From: Minutocellus sp. GHC0000111
Lineage: Eukaryota
Length of the DNA stretch: 64,000 nucleotides
Reading direction: 5' to 3'
NCBI GenBank assembly: GCA_977018835.1
Contig: OZ361258.1
Coordinates: 2,356,001 to 2,420,000, forward strand
In this document: piece after piece, positions 62,201 through 64,000 of the stretch
How the letters are laid out: every line of letters starts with the position of its first letter
Position numbering within the stretch: the first letter of the stretch is position 1
Program-made: the position numbers and the translations under genes
The notes under the pieces: generated by a model
The model's database searches: none
The model's input: only the letters and a program-made list of their open reading frames with translations
What the model was told of the DNA's origin: nothing

Positions 62201-64000
62201 CAAGTCATCGAGAGAATCTCGTCGTGACTGTCGACTCTGCTGCCCGTCATTGATGTGAGCGAAGAGAGCTGCATCGCTGTCGTCGAGACTCCGGCCCTTC
62301 ATATTATTCCGGCGGCGTTGCTGCTGTTGCCGCTGAGAGCTTCGGGCGATGGAGGCTGCAAGGTTACTGCCGGCATTTGGATTGCCACCTGCCAGCCTGG
62401 ACGATGCAGCAGGTGGGTCAAAATATGAATCCAACCCGGCCAGATCGCCCAACGAATTGAGACTATCGCCGAGGCTGGAATCGACGTGACCTAGAATGCC
62501 AACTTCCTCATCTCCTACTAGCTTTTTGGATTGCTTCGATGCCTGGCTATTTCTCGTGAAAAGACCGCCAAGCATGGACTTGCCCTTGGATGGTTTACTG
62601 CTGGTAGAAGAAGAGGTATTGCTGCGACTCACTGATGAAGAAGATGACGCGACGGCAGCAGCAGCCTTACGGGCAGTATCGCTGTTTGTACTGCTGGATC
62701 TTCGCGGTCTTTCTCGGTTATCAGAGGAAGAACGTCGGCCATGTTGCTGCCTTTGTTGCTGTGGTTGATATCTGGACGGAGGTGCCGGTCCCTTGCTACC
62801 AGGTGACCTTTGTTGTCGGCCCTGGGACGGCGGCGGTCCCTTTCGAGGTCGACCACCGGCTGTGCCAACGAGTCCAGCACTGTTGTTACTAGTCCCAGGG
62901 GGGCGATTGGGCCTGGCTGCTGGTCTTGTCGGCGTCGATGTGGATGTGGGTGCAGTAGCTGCAGGATTCGACCTGGGCTCTCTCTTGGCATTGGCCGTTT
63001 TTTGTTGTTGGTTCCGATGCTGCTTCTTGGTCGTCTTGTAGCTGGAGCTGGTATTGGCATCAAAGCTGTCATTACCCCAGTTGGCAAAGTCTGCGAAGGA
63101 GTCGTTGCCTCCGTCCAGAATGTCGATGGGCTTGGTGGCGAGGATGGCCTTGGCAGCGTTCGGTGAAGAAGTCGGTGATGTGGTAAAGCTGCTTCGTTTC
63201 TTTCTCGCGGGTGCTAGTGGCTGCATCACGACGGACGTAGGCACAGGAAGATCATTTCGAGTCTTGGCGTTGACGGAGTCATTGATGGCTTTATCCTTGG
63301 AGGTCACGAGTTCCGGATCGGGGAAAACATTCATCGAATCCTCAGTAATTGATGGCATTGTCTTCTTCGGTTTATTTGCAATTGGCTGTAGGTCATTTAG
63401 TTCGTCATTCATTTCGGCCGAAATTTCCGAAAGGTCCATGCTCACCTCACCGAAGCACGAGGTTGAGGCACCTGCATCGGGCTCTCCACCCGTTACTGCC
63501 GTAGCGATGGCTTGAACGTCGGCGAGATCATCAAGAGTGAAAGATCCCTCCTGCACCTGATCGCGCTTTGGACACCTTGATCGTCTACCAGCGCTGCCCT
63601 TCTTTCTGGAGCCATAATTTCTAGAAGTGTCTTCGCACGGATTGGAGTCAGAATGAGGAGACGAGAAGGCCGCCATTGCGTCCACGAGGGATAGGGAGGC
63701 ATCAGCGTTGCTCAGATCGATATTGTCGCGCTCGATGAATTGTGTGTCAAAGACCATGGAGACTTCGGCATGGTCGTTATCGAAGCCATTGCCATTGTCA
63801 TTTCCATCCTCCTCGCTGCTGGGAGTTTCGTCGCTGTCGTATTGGACCTCCTCGTCCTCTTCGAGGTAATCATCGTCGTCACCAAACAAACTCCGGAGTT
63901 TCTCTGCTCTCCTCATGCCTCCCTCGCTTTTGGTGGGGTCCAGGATGCAGACATCTTCCAAACTCTCTCCGTGATGGTCGGTCCAGCGGATGGTCTTGCG
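56208..64000 (-). pseudogene. Multi-exon formin (PDZ, CCDC53/WASHC3-like repeats, FH2, WH2-like repeats); 5' end off-window; lesions in FH2
   Basis: FH2 motifs RKKLYW, IDGKRGMNGGI, GNQIN..AAGFSLDALLKL. Intron 62183-61985 joins ORF 62180-63961 to the PDZ exon in frame. Repeats KDDPVYAKYFKMLKVGLP and DPRAAMLAAI. Frameshifts near 59920, 59885 and 58920. Confidence 0.82.

Overview
Eukaryotic nuclear DNA, most likely a diatom or close ochrophyte: it has GT-AG introns, bipartite ASAFAP-type plastid presequences and a diatom-style Ty1/copia element. Host genes are an SGNH/TBL-like gene, a plastid ClpC-like chaperone, a prolyl-4-hydroxylase-like gene, a CRTISO-family enzyme, a GNAT + inositol-oxygenase-like fusion, a class II HDAC, zeta-carotene desaturase, an FAD monooxygenase, a sulfotransferase-like gene, MFS and SWEET transporters, a giant Mind-bomb-like E3 ligase and a multidomain formin. 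Most of these carry nonsense codons, frameshifts or short tandem duplications, while both carotenoid genes are intact. Mobile DNA comprises a full-length Copia nested in a 5'-truncated LINE-like element (15-bp TSD, C-terminal Ulp1 protease), a DD39D mariner, a 6.3-kb OTU/Tudor-encoding insertion that splits the HDAC, and an inverted-repeat-bounded OTU+RING segment. The most striking signal is that conserved tyrosines in the Copia and mariner proteins are repeatedly replaced by Cys or His (TpA to TpG/CpA). This suggests a repeat-directed mutator working in the opposite direction to fungal RIP. All calls come from manual reading and recalled family motifs; no searches were run.
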